Assembly (NCBI GenBank): GCA_010093995.1 | Contig: ML992511.1 | Location: 1,082,172 to 1,146,171, forward strand | Length of the DNA: 64,000 nt | Direction: 5' to 3' | Source: Elsinoe ampelina | Taxonomy: Eukaryota | Shown here: positions 1 to 11,998 of the stretch, in pieces | How positions within the stretch are numbered: position 1 is the stretch's first letter | How the letters are laid out: every line of letters begins with the position of its first letter | Translations under genes and position numbers: made by a program | Notes under the pieces: model-generated | Database searches by the model: none | Told to the model about the DNA's origin: nothing | The model's input: the letters and a program-made list of their open reading frames with translations, nothing else

Positions 1-1871
1 TAACAAAGTGATTCTATCATTGTGCGAGACTAACCTTTGCTTTTGAGACGATTGCTCGCTCTCGAGAGTCCCTAGCTCGCAGAAGAGCCAGCCTGACCGT
101 TCCAGGAGCATAAGGTCGATGGCAAAGGGCCGAATACTTCCAGGCCCCCTCAAACGGTCCTTGCGCAAGTCTTCGCAATTTCGTTGTCTGTTTGTAATCA
201 TTTGAAGGAGTGTCTTGTTGGTCGGTACGATGAGAGAGACCGTCGGTCGCAGGGAGCATCTGAATGGTGGACAGTAAACCTACAGCGACGCTGCTGGCAT
301 CGACGCCGCCGACATGCAAGTCGACGAGAAGCTGCTATGGCCAATCAGTGCCTTCAGTAAGAGACTGTCAAGTCAGACTGCCAAAGAGATTTATTCATTG
401 TGCCGAGGTCCCCTGGGTGTACGAACCGGACGAAGAAAATGACACGAAAGACCGATGGACAAAGGTGAGTTCTCTCAATTCACCAGCTGGTTAGAGCTGC
501 CGTGCCGAGCGCTGATATCTTTTATGCACGTGGAGTCACGCAAAGGATGAAGCGACCCGTGTGCTGAAGTGTCCGAGGATGACAACCAATCTTACAAGAT
601 GCCGACTCGAAGAGATTGACAAATTCTGTCACAAAGACGATACCGCTGACAATGGTCGTACTAAAGCCAAAGCTCGAGAACTACACCGGCCGTCAATTTC
701 CACACAAAATATCTATCGGTCGAAGAGATCGTCCAGCCAGAGGGCATCCCTTACAAGATCACGAGCGACGTCATGAAATGCGTGCGCTCTTCAAGTAAAC
801 GGGAAGGTATATATTCCTTCTTTACCTCTCCCTCTCCAAAGATGAAGCCATGAGATGATCACCTCTGTAGCTCAAGTGTTCCTTTCTCCCACACCGTGGT
901 CCCACGCACGTTCTAGCGCTAGTTGCTGCGCCAAAGCTCAGCGTCGTCACAACGTCCGTTGTTCGGTTCGAGCATATGTCCTTCATCTTTTCGCACATTT
1001 TTTCCACATTGTGTCGAGGTCAGGCTTTGGCGGCATGCGACGGCATATGACTGGGGTGTTTTTGAGGGTCATAATTACAGGTAGGAGAAGTGGCGAATCA
1101 GGGTCAGCTCGACATTGAGAGGAATTCTCGCTCAATGACATTCAGCCAAACGTGAACGGCTTTTCCTCCCCATTACCACTTGCGGGGATGATTGTTCCGT
1201 GTCTTGAACTCGGCGGTCCCCGCAAAGGTGGTCTCTGGATTTGATCTTGATGACGAAGGAGCTCGTTTAGAAAAATGATCCTTGGCTGGGCAACGATTGT
1301 CTCAATCTCGCCACACATTTTACTGGCTAGTAGAACACCAGATCCAGATAGGTACTCTCGCTATCTAGCATGAAACGCTACCACAAAAAAGACGACTGAA
1401 TTTTGCAAAAGATTACCAATCACCCCACCGATCATGCTATTGTCGCCACGAGTCGACATACGGCGCAGTCCACAGTATGGTCAGAGACCACGACTCGGAT
1501 TACCATTGGCAGGGGATGGAGGAGACAGAGGTCAGGACGAGGGAGCCTTTGGTCTGACATACTTCTAGAGTGGCACGCAGGCTGCGCACGGATGATAAGT
1601 CGATTATGGCCCCGCAAAGGCTGAAATTGGGGTTGATGCCGGTGAAGCTCTTCTCAGGGGATCAAGAAGTGGATGTAGAGATGGTCAGCATGTGGGAATC
1701 GAGACGTGTGAATTTGAGTGCGCAATCGAGCTGAAGCAGTCATGGAGGAAGGCCAACAAATGTGCATTCTCGAGCCTTGCTGACGGTCCTCCTGCCGCCT
1801 GGACTATCTACGATTCCATCATCTTCCACTCGACTTCATCTTCGGCACTTGCTAGGTAGACGAGCTGTGAC

Positions 1872-2840
1872 CTAAACCATGATGCCAAAGTGCGGGTTCC
1901 TCTTGACAAATTTAGGCATGGCCTTGATCGCGGGAGGCGCGGCTGGTGACTCCTGGATCAAGTTGGCGGCTTCAGTCAAGGCTGTGATGAGGCCCAAAAT
2001 GTCGGGGAGGCCAACGCTCTCGTTGACCCTGCGCCAGCCGAGCTCGAGAGGGAGTTTCTCGTTCTCTACACGCTGTTAGTAATCCTATTCGAACCAAGTA
2101 TGCGAATACGATCTTACCAAAGAAGTAGTTGACAAGGTTTCTCGGTGTGGTTACGGCTCGCTTGTCACCGAATGCCACAACGGGAGCGAGCAGCTCCCCG
2201 ACGCTGAAGCCCTCAGTGACGTTGGTGAAAGTATAGGTAGGGTTGAACGCCTTGGAGTCGAGCATGCGAGACATGCGGGCGTTGGCTAAGTGGAAGCGGT
2301 CCAGGACTGGCTTGGTGAAGTAACGCTTGGTCTGGCGGTAGATGCCGGCATCGAACTTGAAGTTGTTGCCGAAGTAAGCATCACGGCGAGAGAGGGAAGC
2401 GTCATGCTCGAGAAGATTGTGAGGCTGGAGTTGCTCCCTGACAATTGAGGTTAGTTGTCGCAAGTTGACTAGAGTGGCAAACTGTGAAACCTACAGAGTG
2501 AAGAATGTGGCATTTGGGGTCGGGTTAACACCAATGGCTTGGTCGAACATGATGTCGGTCAACTGATTCTCAAAGTTGAGTGCAGTCGACAACGCAAAGT
2601 ACGCATTCTCTCGGGTGATGTTCCGGCCGTCACGGGGCAAGAAGTTGTGATTTGCCAGAGTGTTGAGCATAGGACAAGGTCCTGTTTAACAATGTTAATT
2701 GTAGCCCAGGACATGAGAGGTGAGACCTATCTGACTTCCCCTGGCCGCTGAGGGTGCCATTCATAGAAGGAGGTGGTTTGAGCCAGGGCTTGGGACGAGC
2801 CCAGGGCCAAGACCAGAGTCAGAGCAGCAGTAGACGGCAT
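1872..2840 (-). CDS. Short-type heme-thiolate peroxidase / unspecific peroxygenase (Peroxidase_2, chloroperoxidase family), secreted, about 270 aa
   Basis: Signal peptide MPSTAALTLVLALGSSQALAQ, proximal-Cys motif (VRG)PCPMLNTLANH, and EHDASLSRRD motif. Exons 2840-2731, 2683-2495, 2437-2118, 2065-1872 sum to 813 nt. Intron 1 is non-canonical (see findings). Confidence 0.92.
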
Positions 2841-4478
2841 TGCTTATGTTGAAGATGGATAGGGCAGAGAAGAGATAAGAGATATTTGTGCGGAGTGGTG
2901 GCTGGGTGTTGTAGGGCATGATGGGAGATACTTATATCTTGCTGAAGCCTAAACCACGGGGGCTTTCATACCACACGAAACACAAGGAATTGAAGAACGA
3001 GGAACATGACCATGATGATCATCATACTATCCATCAAAGAGACTTTCCGTATTATCAAGTATGCCGGGTTATTGCAAGAACCGTCAGGGGCGGCGAAGTC
3101 CAAGTGGCAGGTGATGCAGCACAACCAGGCACCGTCTTTGCATGGTCTACGATCGACGGCACAAGCGCTGGAACGATGACAGGGTGCTCAATCACTAAGC
3201 CAATTGTCAAGGGCTAATTCCGAGCGTAAGGAATACGAGTAATGCGAGTTGATGGTGCGACAGGAACGAGGGAAGAGGTGGTCGGTAATTACACGTCATA
3301 TGATTGGGTTTGGGCGGGCACAACCTCGCAACCTCTCATCTGTGATTGGCTCACCGTACGAAGGGCTCAACGCTTATTTCAACGACGGCAGACTGGGTCA
3401 AACTCCTGCATAATACTTCGATATCGCACCCTAGGACAGGTGAAGTACCCCGCATGTGCGGTAGGCGTCAAGGACAGTGATGCGAACGTGGTAGGCTGTG
3501 TTTGAGGCGTTGAGCGGATCCAGCAACAGGACGCCCACTATTGCTCACTCTAGCTTCCTAGACAGTGATCTTGCAACCCTTTTGAGGGGCAGACCCGTTC
3601 TGTCGGACTCTGGCCGGAAAAGACTGTCGACCTCATCCACTGCAAGCTACCGGACCGCGAAACCGCTGAAAGGCACATACATGCGTGACAAGCGAGCTTG
3701 CTTCGCTCGTATGTCCAGGCGCCAAGGTAAAATGGGCACCCTCCCCGACAGTACCAACTTGCCAAGTGGGTCACACCTTTGCAGCATCAGGGTGATTCGA
3801 GTGTACCACCAATTCATCGCCAGGAAACGCAACATTGAGGCAGCGGGCCAAGCATAAGAGTGACTGTCGTCCTCATCTGGCAAGACTGAAGAACGCTCCC
3901 ATTCGTGGGTGGTGCTCGACAAGCTTTGTTCCCAAAATCGCATCTGAAATGCTCCCGTGTCAGGTCAGCTGACAAGTCCTGCTCGCAACAAATAGTCGAA
4001 GACAGTCGCACCCTCAACACCGACTTCTTTTGAGGTTATGCGCCACCCTTTCAAAGGGCAGCTGACAGCGCTCGGATTTCCTTCTCGGACACTTCCAAAG
4101 TTCAAATTCGTAAGAAAGGACCTCCAGGACGGCTGGAAGCTTGGATTTGGGTGTTCTGAAATTCAAAATTTGCGAACAAATGAAATGGCTGGACGCTTGG
4201 ATCTGGTTGCTCTGAAACTCAACATCCTACCAGCATCCATTCGCCACTTTCGAGCTACGGTGCCATGAGATGACGATTAGGTCAGCACTATCGTGAAGTG
4301 TCAAGGTGATGTGTCCAAGGTGTTTGACATGTGAAAGAGAAACGATAGACGTGATTACGAAAGCAAGGCTAAGTGGCGAGAGCAGAGCTGTCAACAGCTC
4401 TGCAAATTCTTCGGCCGGATCTTACTTTCGAGTTACCACTTACCACAATCACAAAATCACATCAGACCGTGCCACATC

Positions 4479-6463
4479 ATGGCATCTCTACCAATTCGTA
4501 CAGTGTCTTCCAGCGAGAATCGCATCATCGTCGCGATCGACTTTGGAACCACGCACTCAGGGTGAGCATGGGAAACCGTGCACTACTACAAATTTTCACT
4601 AACGCTTTCAGTATCGCCATTGTCTACGGACCTTCTGGTAGGGATCCGGAGAGGATTCACGTCGTCAAATCGTAAGTCTGGTAGGATGCTTGAGAAATTG
4701 AGATCACGCTGACAATACCTAGATGGCCCGGAAGCGAGACCGTGCCCTCCGAACAAGTGCCGACGACTGTCCTATACGAAGTCCCTACCAGGATCGCAGG
4801 CCAGGAGATCTCTGAAGCTGTTGGCAACGACGCATCTCAACCTGCCGGCTGCACAACTACCAGGTTCGGCCATGAGATTTCTAACCTGGAGGACCCTATC
4901 CGCTGTTTCAAACTCCTGCTGGAGCCAGGCAAGGACCTCCCAGTCTGGGCTGGTAGGACCAAGACGCTCACGGACCTGAACAAGCACGGCAAAACGGCAA
5001 TCGATGCAAGTGCAGACTACCTCCGTCATCTGGTCGCAGTGGCAAACAAAGAGATGGCAGTCAAGTTCATGCCCATCATGCTTGACGCAACTCCTGTGGA
5101 GTACATTCTCACCGTCCCTGCGGTCTGGAGCGACGCGGCCAAGCAAGCAACGATCGCTGCCGCCCACCGCGCCGGCATGCCAAGCGTTACATTAGTCAGC
5201 GAGCCCGAGGCAGCAGCGATCGAGTGCCTCACCTCGATGCAAGAAGAAGGAGTGTCCATCGGAGACTTGTATGTCGTCTGTGATATTGGTGGCGGCACCA
5301 TCGACCTCATCACATATGAGGTCACCAGTGTCCAGCCTCTCCGCTTCACCGAAGTCCTACCGGGAGAGGGGACCCTCGATGGAGGCGTCTTCTTGGATCA
5401 GAGATTCATCGCTCTGGTCAGAACCAAAGTCGGCGACGCTGAGTTTCAAAATCTTCTCCAAGAGCACCCGAAGGCCTGGTCCCGCGCACTCCACCATTGG
5501 GAGACGGTCACCAAGCGTGCCTTCACAACAAGTGCGAAGCGCATCACTACCAGCGAGCTCGACCAGATCGAAGTTCCGTTCGCGGGATTGTCCATTGATG
5601 GTCCTGGCACTCTGCCCTTTGGCATTCTCACCCTCGAAAGACCGGAAGTCGCCGCCATCTTCGAGCCTACAGTCCAGAGCACCATCACGATGATCGAGAA
5701 TCAGTCCGCGGCCGTCAAAGCTCTGGGGAAACAGGTCACTGGCGTGCTTCTAGTGGGTGGGACGGCCGACTCGTGTTACTTACACAAGCGTCTTTGCGAG
5801 CACTTCTCCGCAGGTCAGGATGGAGTCACTGCTGCTGCAAAGGACGGAGCTGCCGCTACTACAAAGAACGAAGCTATTGCTGCCGCGAACAGTCATACCA
5901 TTCCCATCCTCAAGTCGACCAATGCCTGGACTGCTGTCGAACGTGGTGCTGCCATCTGCGGGATCATGGGCTCTGTGAATGTCACGAGCCGCGTGACCAG
6001 GTTTCATTACGGGGTGGTGTCCTGGAACCCCTTCGTCGACGGAGTACACTCTCCCAGCAACAAGATCTGGTGTGATATCGAGACGAAATACATGGCGGAC
6101 AACCAGCTAGATTGGATCGTCCAGAAAGGCCAGAACATGGTGGCAGACCGTCCTCAGACTATGGATTTCTATTTCGTCGATACCTACATTCCCGACAACC
6201 ACACTATCATACTGCGCACTTGCTCTTATGAGAAGGCGCCGGCTGAGTTCAGCGAAAAGGAGGATGGTGTCCATCTGGTCAACCTCACCGTGGATCTAAC
6301 TCCTGTCCCGCGTCACGCCTTCCAGCAGAAGGTGAACTCCCTTGGGGTGAAGTACTACCTCCTCGACTACCATGTTGGCCTGTTCTTGGACTCCGGCAAT
6401 CTCCGCTTCGACTTCCGCGTTGACGGCAAGGTCTACGGATCAGTTCAGGCTTGCTTCGACTAG
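4479..6463 (+). CDS. Non-canonical Hsp70-family (HSPA12-like) actin-fold ATPase, copy 1, about 627 aa
   Basis: Motifs IDFGTTHSG, LTVPAVWSDAAK, VSEPEAAA, CDIGGGTIDL, LLVGG, WTAVERGA. GT-AG introns 4562-4611 and 4672-4722 give an intact frame. No EEVD tail. Confidence 0.9.
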
Positions 6464-6927
6464 CACCCGTATGAAGAGCCTTCAAATGGGGAAAGCGTCG
6501 GAGAGGGAAGCATGCACGGCCTGGAAACGGACGATATGGGGACTATGGGTCAGTGAATGAGGATATAGATGCGCTGATTACCAGCGCATATGCCGCAAGC
6601 AGAGTCCGTAGATGCTTGGCCGGCTACAATCAAGAAATGAGCTTGCTTTAAGTCCATGATGCCGTGAATGTTTGCAAAACATGGGTATACATTCAATGAC
6701 CTGACATGAAAACTCATCACGAAGTGGGGACGATGGCATTGTGGCTTCCATGCATTGAAATTGATTCAATACCATATCAGTATGTATGCTGAAGACGTTG
6801 AGCCTTCGGGAGACTCAAAGCCAGGGTCCATTACTCCAAGCCCAAGGGACAACATCACACCTTCCCCATACCTGACCACCAACTGTATTCCACCCAACGT
6901 CCTTGTGTGCTATTAGACTCCCACCGC

Positions 6928-8277
6928 TCACTCCTTTGGGGGAGGCAGCCAAGTGATAGCTTTTGCCTTGGCCACGATGACCGGTGATATCTGACGACGA
7001 CGTTAGCATTTGGTGTTCATCCCCAACAATTGCGTCAGACTAACCTGCTCTCCCTTCTCGTTCTTGACTTTGATCAACATCGGAAAGATCACGCCAGCAA
7101 GAAGAATCTGCCTGCCTTCCACGGCCTCCGAACCGTCCATGTCGTCGAATTCTTCGGCTTTGAAGTGGAAAAATACATTCTGGCGCATGGTAAAAGCCTT
7201 GGGCATATCCAGACGGTACTCAGCTGGGTGGAAGGTTGTTTCTATGAGCATGTCGGCCACCTTCTCAAGGACCTTGCCGAGATGCTTGAGGATGGTTTCG
7301 TTGAGGGAGGTTCCAAACAACTTGGACCAAGCCTGCGATGTGTAGTTGACACCATAAGCGATGATGTTGTCCTTGACAGCCACCAGTGCCTTTGAGTCAA
7401 CTGACTTGACGAGGTCATGAGTAGTGCACAGCCAGCGCTTCCAAGAGGCGAAGTCTGCAGTATCTGGAAAGGTCAGCAGTGGCGGGACATTTCCGGATGC
7501 TAAGGACCTACCACCAAGTTGCATGGCGCCAGTCAAGACTATACCCCCAGGAGTGTCGAAGCCAATCTCCAGAAACTTGCCTTCAGTGGCGGCGGAGGTG
7601 ATGTATGCAGAGACAATACAGATGAGTATGTTCACCGCATAGGTCCGCGCCCCGGCAGGATAATACCTGGCGCTCCTGTAGAGGGGCATCAACTCCTTCA
7701 TCCACTGTACTGGGCTTGAAGCCAATCTGATAGCATCTGCAGGGACGTCAGCAGGTTGCACTATAGGAAGGGAGAAGGTACTTGCCCAGGTCGATGGTCT
7801 TGATTGACGTCACAGCCCATGTGCGGATCTCGTGAAAGACGTCGTTCCATTTCGAAACCAGGTCCTCGTCGGTCAGGAAGGCCGTTGCCGCAGTGGCAGC
7901 AGAGATGTCTTGTTTGAGATGGATTGCCTGAGCTTTGAGGACATTTACCTCTTCGCGAGCTGCCTGCTCAGCGACTCTCAACTCATGGTTGGCATCTTGG
8001 GCGGCTTGGAGCTCCCTTCGTAACTTCGCGGCTTCTTCAACGCCTTCTTTGAGGATGTCCTCCAAGTGGGAATGGCCGTTGCCCATGCTGTGTTGTCATG
8101 AGTCAGTGGTGCCTGCCGTTGTTTTCGCGAGCGCACTTGCCTTCGACTATGAGCAGGTTTTGGGCCAGCCTTTGAGGATACTCTGCTAACCCGCGTGCCT
8201 GTGGGTGGCTTGGTGGTTTCTTGATTGGATGAGTGGCCTGTCGTAAGATTGTTGCTAGCTTCTTCGTGCGCGCCCAT
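6928..8277 (-). CDS. Uncharacterised coiled-coil protein, about 397 aa, head-to-head with Hsp70-like copy 2
   Basis: Exons 8277-8141, 8087-7786, 7736-7045, 6990-6928 sum to 1194 nt in frame. Heptad-rich segment LEDILKEG...LKQDIS, then TDEDLVSKWNDVFHEIRTWA, and C-terminus GVIFPMLIKVKNEKGEQISPVIVAKAKAITW. Introns 1 and 2 use GCAAGT donors. Confidence 0.75.
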
Positions 8278-8545
8278 GTCTGGTAAGGAGGGTCTTCCAG
8301 CAGTGACCAAGTTGTCTTGTGAGTAAAGGTGAAAGGACGAGAACAGCTAAATGGAAAATGTGCGACACAACTCAAATGAGACGACAAACGACATGGCTAT
8401 GGAAGCACGGACCACGCGTGCCCGCGAAGGTCAAACACGGCCGCAATCACAGCATATAGAACTTTCCTGTCCACTCACGCTTGATCCACTTCCTCCATCA
8501 AACCACTTGAAGACGAGTCATAGGCTTCTCGTGACTATCAACAAG

Positions 8546-10451
8546 ATGGTCAGACCTACAGACAAGATCGTGTGCGGTATTGATTTTGGTACGACTTTCA
8601 GCGGGTGAGTAGCTCACAAAGGACTACCGCGCATTCCTGCTAACCTTTCAGTTTCGCATACTGCTATGCAGCGAGTGGGAAAGATCCAGAGAATGTCCAC
8701 GTGATCAAGGCGTTAGTGCGAAATCGTCCGTGAGCTATGCTTCACGCTGACCTGGTGACAGTTGGCCAGGCGGGCGCAACCTTACCTCAGACAAAGTGCC
8801 GACCCAGATGATTTACGCCGAAGACGGCACCATATCCAAATGGGGTTACAACATCGAGCCAACCGACAAGCCTCTCAGATGTATCAAGCTTCTGCTGGAT
8901 CACCGTCAGGCTTTTCCATCCTACGTCTCCAAGCAAGAACTCCTTCAGCTACTCAAGGAGCACCGCAAAAGTCCTACCACAGCAGTCGCCGACTACCTTA
9001 CCCAGATCCTGGAGTTCGCCAAGAAAGATATGAGTGAGAAGTTCAGCGAGGCCATGTTGAGCACCACACCGGTGGAGTATGTGTTGACTGTGCCTGCTGT
9101 GTGGTCGGACATGGCTAAGCAGAGCACGATGAAGGCCGCAGGGGCTGCTGGTCTTGGGGACAAAGTTCATCTGATCTCGGAGCCAGAAGCGGCGGCTGTC
9201 CATGCACTGTCCGCCATCCAGAAAGAAGACCTTCGGGTGGGAGACGTATTCATCGTTTGCGATGCTGGAGGCGGCACTGTCGATCTCATCACATACGAAG
9301 TGCAGTCACTCGAACCCTTAATATTGCGCGAGGTGGTGCCAGGTACAGGTGGTCTCTGCGGCGCTGCTTTCCTGAACTATGGCTTTGAGGATTACCTTAA
9401 GAGTCGCTTGGGGTTCAACTTCTGCGAGGGCATCATCGAGCATCGTCCGAAGTGCTGGTCAACCGCGATTGAGTATTTCGAGTCGTACATCAAGCGCAAC
9501 TTCGACCCCATTGATGAGAAGGGCAATTTCGAGGAGCGTGAATTCAGCATTCCTTTCCCCGGTGTTGCCGACGACGAGAAGAAGCGCATTGACTGCGGCT
9601 TCTTGACCGTGACGTCCTCCGAAGTCGCCGGCGTTTTCCGCAAAATCATCGACCAGATCATGGAACTCATCGATGATCAGGCCGAGAAGTCCAAAGCAGC
9701 GAACAAGTCTCCCAAGGGCCTCATCCTGGTAGGCGGATTCGGACAGTCTCGCTATTTGTTCAAAAGAATCAAGAGCAAGTACGGTGTCTCTCCCGATCCG
9801 CCCGTCACGATGCCTCCAGGCGCACCAAAGGGCAAGTCCGTCTTCAGCATCCTGCCAGGCTTCAAGGACCAGAGTGCAGCTGGCTTCCTCGTCATCCAAC
9901 CTCCAACCGCGTGGACCGCAGTTGTACGTGGCGCTGTGCTCCGAGGTATTTCTGGTCGGGACCTCGTCTCCAGTCGGAAGGCTCGTCGTCATTATGGTCT
10001 GCGCCTCAACGTCCGCTTCGATCCCGCCAAGCACCCCCTAAGTGCACGCTACTGGGATGACTACGATGAAGTGTATCGTGCCAAAGATCAAATGGTTTGG
10101 CTGGTGCAAAAGGGCGACACTCTCTTGTCCGACGATCCCATCCAGCAAGACGTGTGTGTCGTTGTGCAGTCCATGACGGGGTCCAACGAGACCAAGCTTT
10201 ACTACTGTGGCGCAGACCAGGCTCCAGCACAGTTCAGCGGTGGATCTGCCAGTGAGGTACTGCCTCTCTGCTCAGTCTCAGTCAACCTGGGTGGCATATC
10301 TCCTCGCTTTTGGACCACCAAAGAGACACCCTCCGGGAAGAAACACTGCCTCACCTACAAGCTCGGAATGCTTGTTCAGTCAGGTCGCATTACGTTTGAT
10401 GTCCGTATTGGTGGAGTGGTTTACGACACGGTTCAGGCGAAATTCGAGTGA
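8546..10451 (+). CDS. Non-canonical Hsp70-family (HSPA12-like) actin-fold ATPase, copy 2, about 602 aa
   Basis: Motifs GIDFGTTFSG, LTVPAVWSDMAK, ISEPEAAA, CDAGGGTVDL, LVGGFGQSRYL, WTAVVRGA. Introns 8605-8651 and 8712-8761 are at the same positions as in copy 1. Confidence 0.92.
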
Positions 10452-11104
10452 AGGGTCGCGGCTTTGCTGCTGATGGACGTTCGAGGTGATTTGGTGATTG
10501 CGTTGCAACTGTGCGGAGAGGCCAACCGTTAGTGATTTGTCGTCGATAGACCAGCATCCCACTGCATCTAGGAGCGAGTGAGGATACTCTCAATGGTATA
10601 TGTCACGGACAATTTCATCGTTGTTGTCTGTGATCCAGCTGAGTTGACTCGACGTGGAAATTTGCTCTTGCGATCCCCGCACAGTTCTTAGTCAGCAGAG
10701 CAAGCGCGGCTGTAGTGTGCATTTTCTTGGACTGCAGATGCCTTGCCAATATCCACTGTACAACTCGACAACCAGACCGCCAATTCCCGGTCAATGTACA
10801 TGGACAATGACGGGACACGATTGAAGAAATGAGATCAGATTGATTGTCGATCAATGGTTCGGCGCACCATCATGCATGATTGTGCCTCTTCCCCTGATGA
10901 TGTGGTGTGACGTCGAGATGAGAGCTGTTGTCTTTGCTCCCGATTGTAAGAAGCACGCAAGAACACAACAAAACTAACGTGCCTCCCTCTTAAGGTCACA
11001 TTCATCTCCGTCTCTCAGCTTTAATCAAGTACACTCCACTTGAACAAGCAAGACAGTAATCTTTCCCAAACTTCTACCACCAGCAAGCCTCTAAGTTAAG
11101 CACA

Positions 11105-11539
11105 ATGGATCCCCATCAAGGCGGTGACCTCTCCGACATGGCCGCGACCGGTACCAAAATCCCCAATGATGCCGGCCAGCAGAGGATCATCCCTTCCGTC
11201 CCACGTCCAGACCAGATCGCTACAAGCAATGAGGGTGGCTCTTCCCTCGCTCAAGCTGCCACCAACCAGGCCGACATGCCCAGAGCAAACAAAGATATCG
11301 GAGCCACCGGCGAGGTCATGACCGGCACTGGCGACCAGCTACCTGCACAGATCGAGAGCAAGCGCCTGCACTTTGGTGCCAACGATCCGCTCAGCAAGGG
11401 TCACGATCGGTACGACAAGCACAGCAGGCAGAAGGAGAGTGACTTGGAAAGGTATGCCAAGGATGGCGCAGAGGTTGAGGGCATTCCAGGTGTTGAGGAC
11501 TACGGAGGAAACGTTGGTCGCGAGAGCAGGGGCTTGTAG
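11105..11539 (+). CDS. Small hydrophilic Gly/Asp-rich protein, 144 aa, function unknown
   Basis: Single-exon ORF with good start context (cacaATGg) and C-ending codon bias typical of expressed genes. Confidence 0.7.
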   Translation: MDPHQGGDLSDMAATGTKIPNDAGQQRIIPSVPRPDQIATSNEGGSSLAQAATNQADMPRANKDIGATGEVMTGTGDQLPAQIESKRLHFGANDPLSKGHDRYDKHSRQKESDLERYAKDGAEVEGIPGVEDYGGNVGRESRGL

Positions 11540-11998
11540 AATCGGGTTGTCGAACACATGAAGGGTACAATGTAATAAGATAGCGCCATCGTAGATCAGC
11601 TCACCGTAAAATCTGAATGGTTGACATGAGGTCGAGGCCCCTGCCTCACATGTGAGTTCACAATGGATAGATGCTGCCCAAACCTCTCAATCGGTTCCGC
11701 TGGATGACGAACAATACAAGCACTACCATTCATGCAACAATTGGAACTCCGACGATAAAATTGCATTCTCGCACCCTTTGCACAACTCAGTTTCGTCAAT
11801 AAGACTTCATTTCTTCCGCTCCAATACTTTCTTCGTTGTTGCCTCAACAGCTTCTCTACATAACCTTCAGCTCGCAGTCTTCTACACCACTCTTCGTCAC
11901 CTTCGTCATTAGATCTCTGCTCCTGCTATTTGATGACCGATCACTCCAACTCAGACAAATCTTCTCACGACTCATTCACAACTTCAGGGACCATCAAG

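Noticed and set aside
1..1800. Short ORFs and a GTGAGT donor near 465
   Set aside because: No recognisable domain or consistent exon chain.
3200..4400. Possible divergent partner gene upstream of Hsp70-like copy 1
   Set aside because: Only short ORFs, with no coiled coil or similarity to the 6928-8277 protein.
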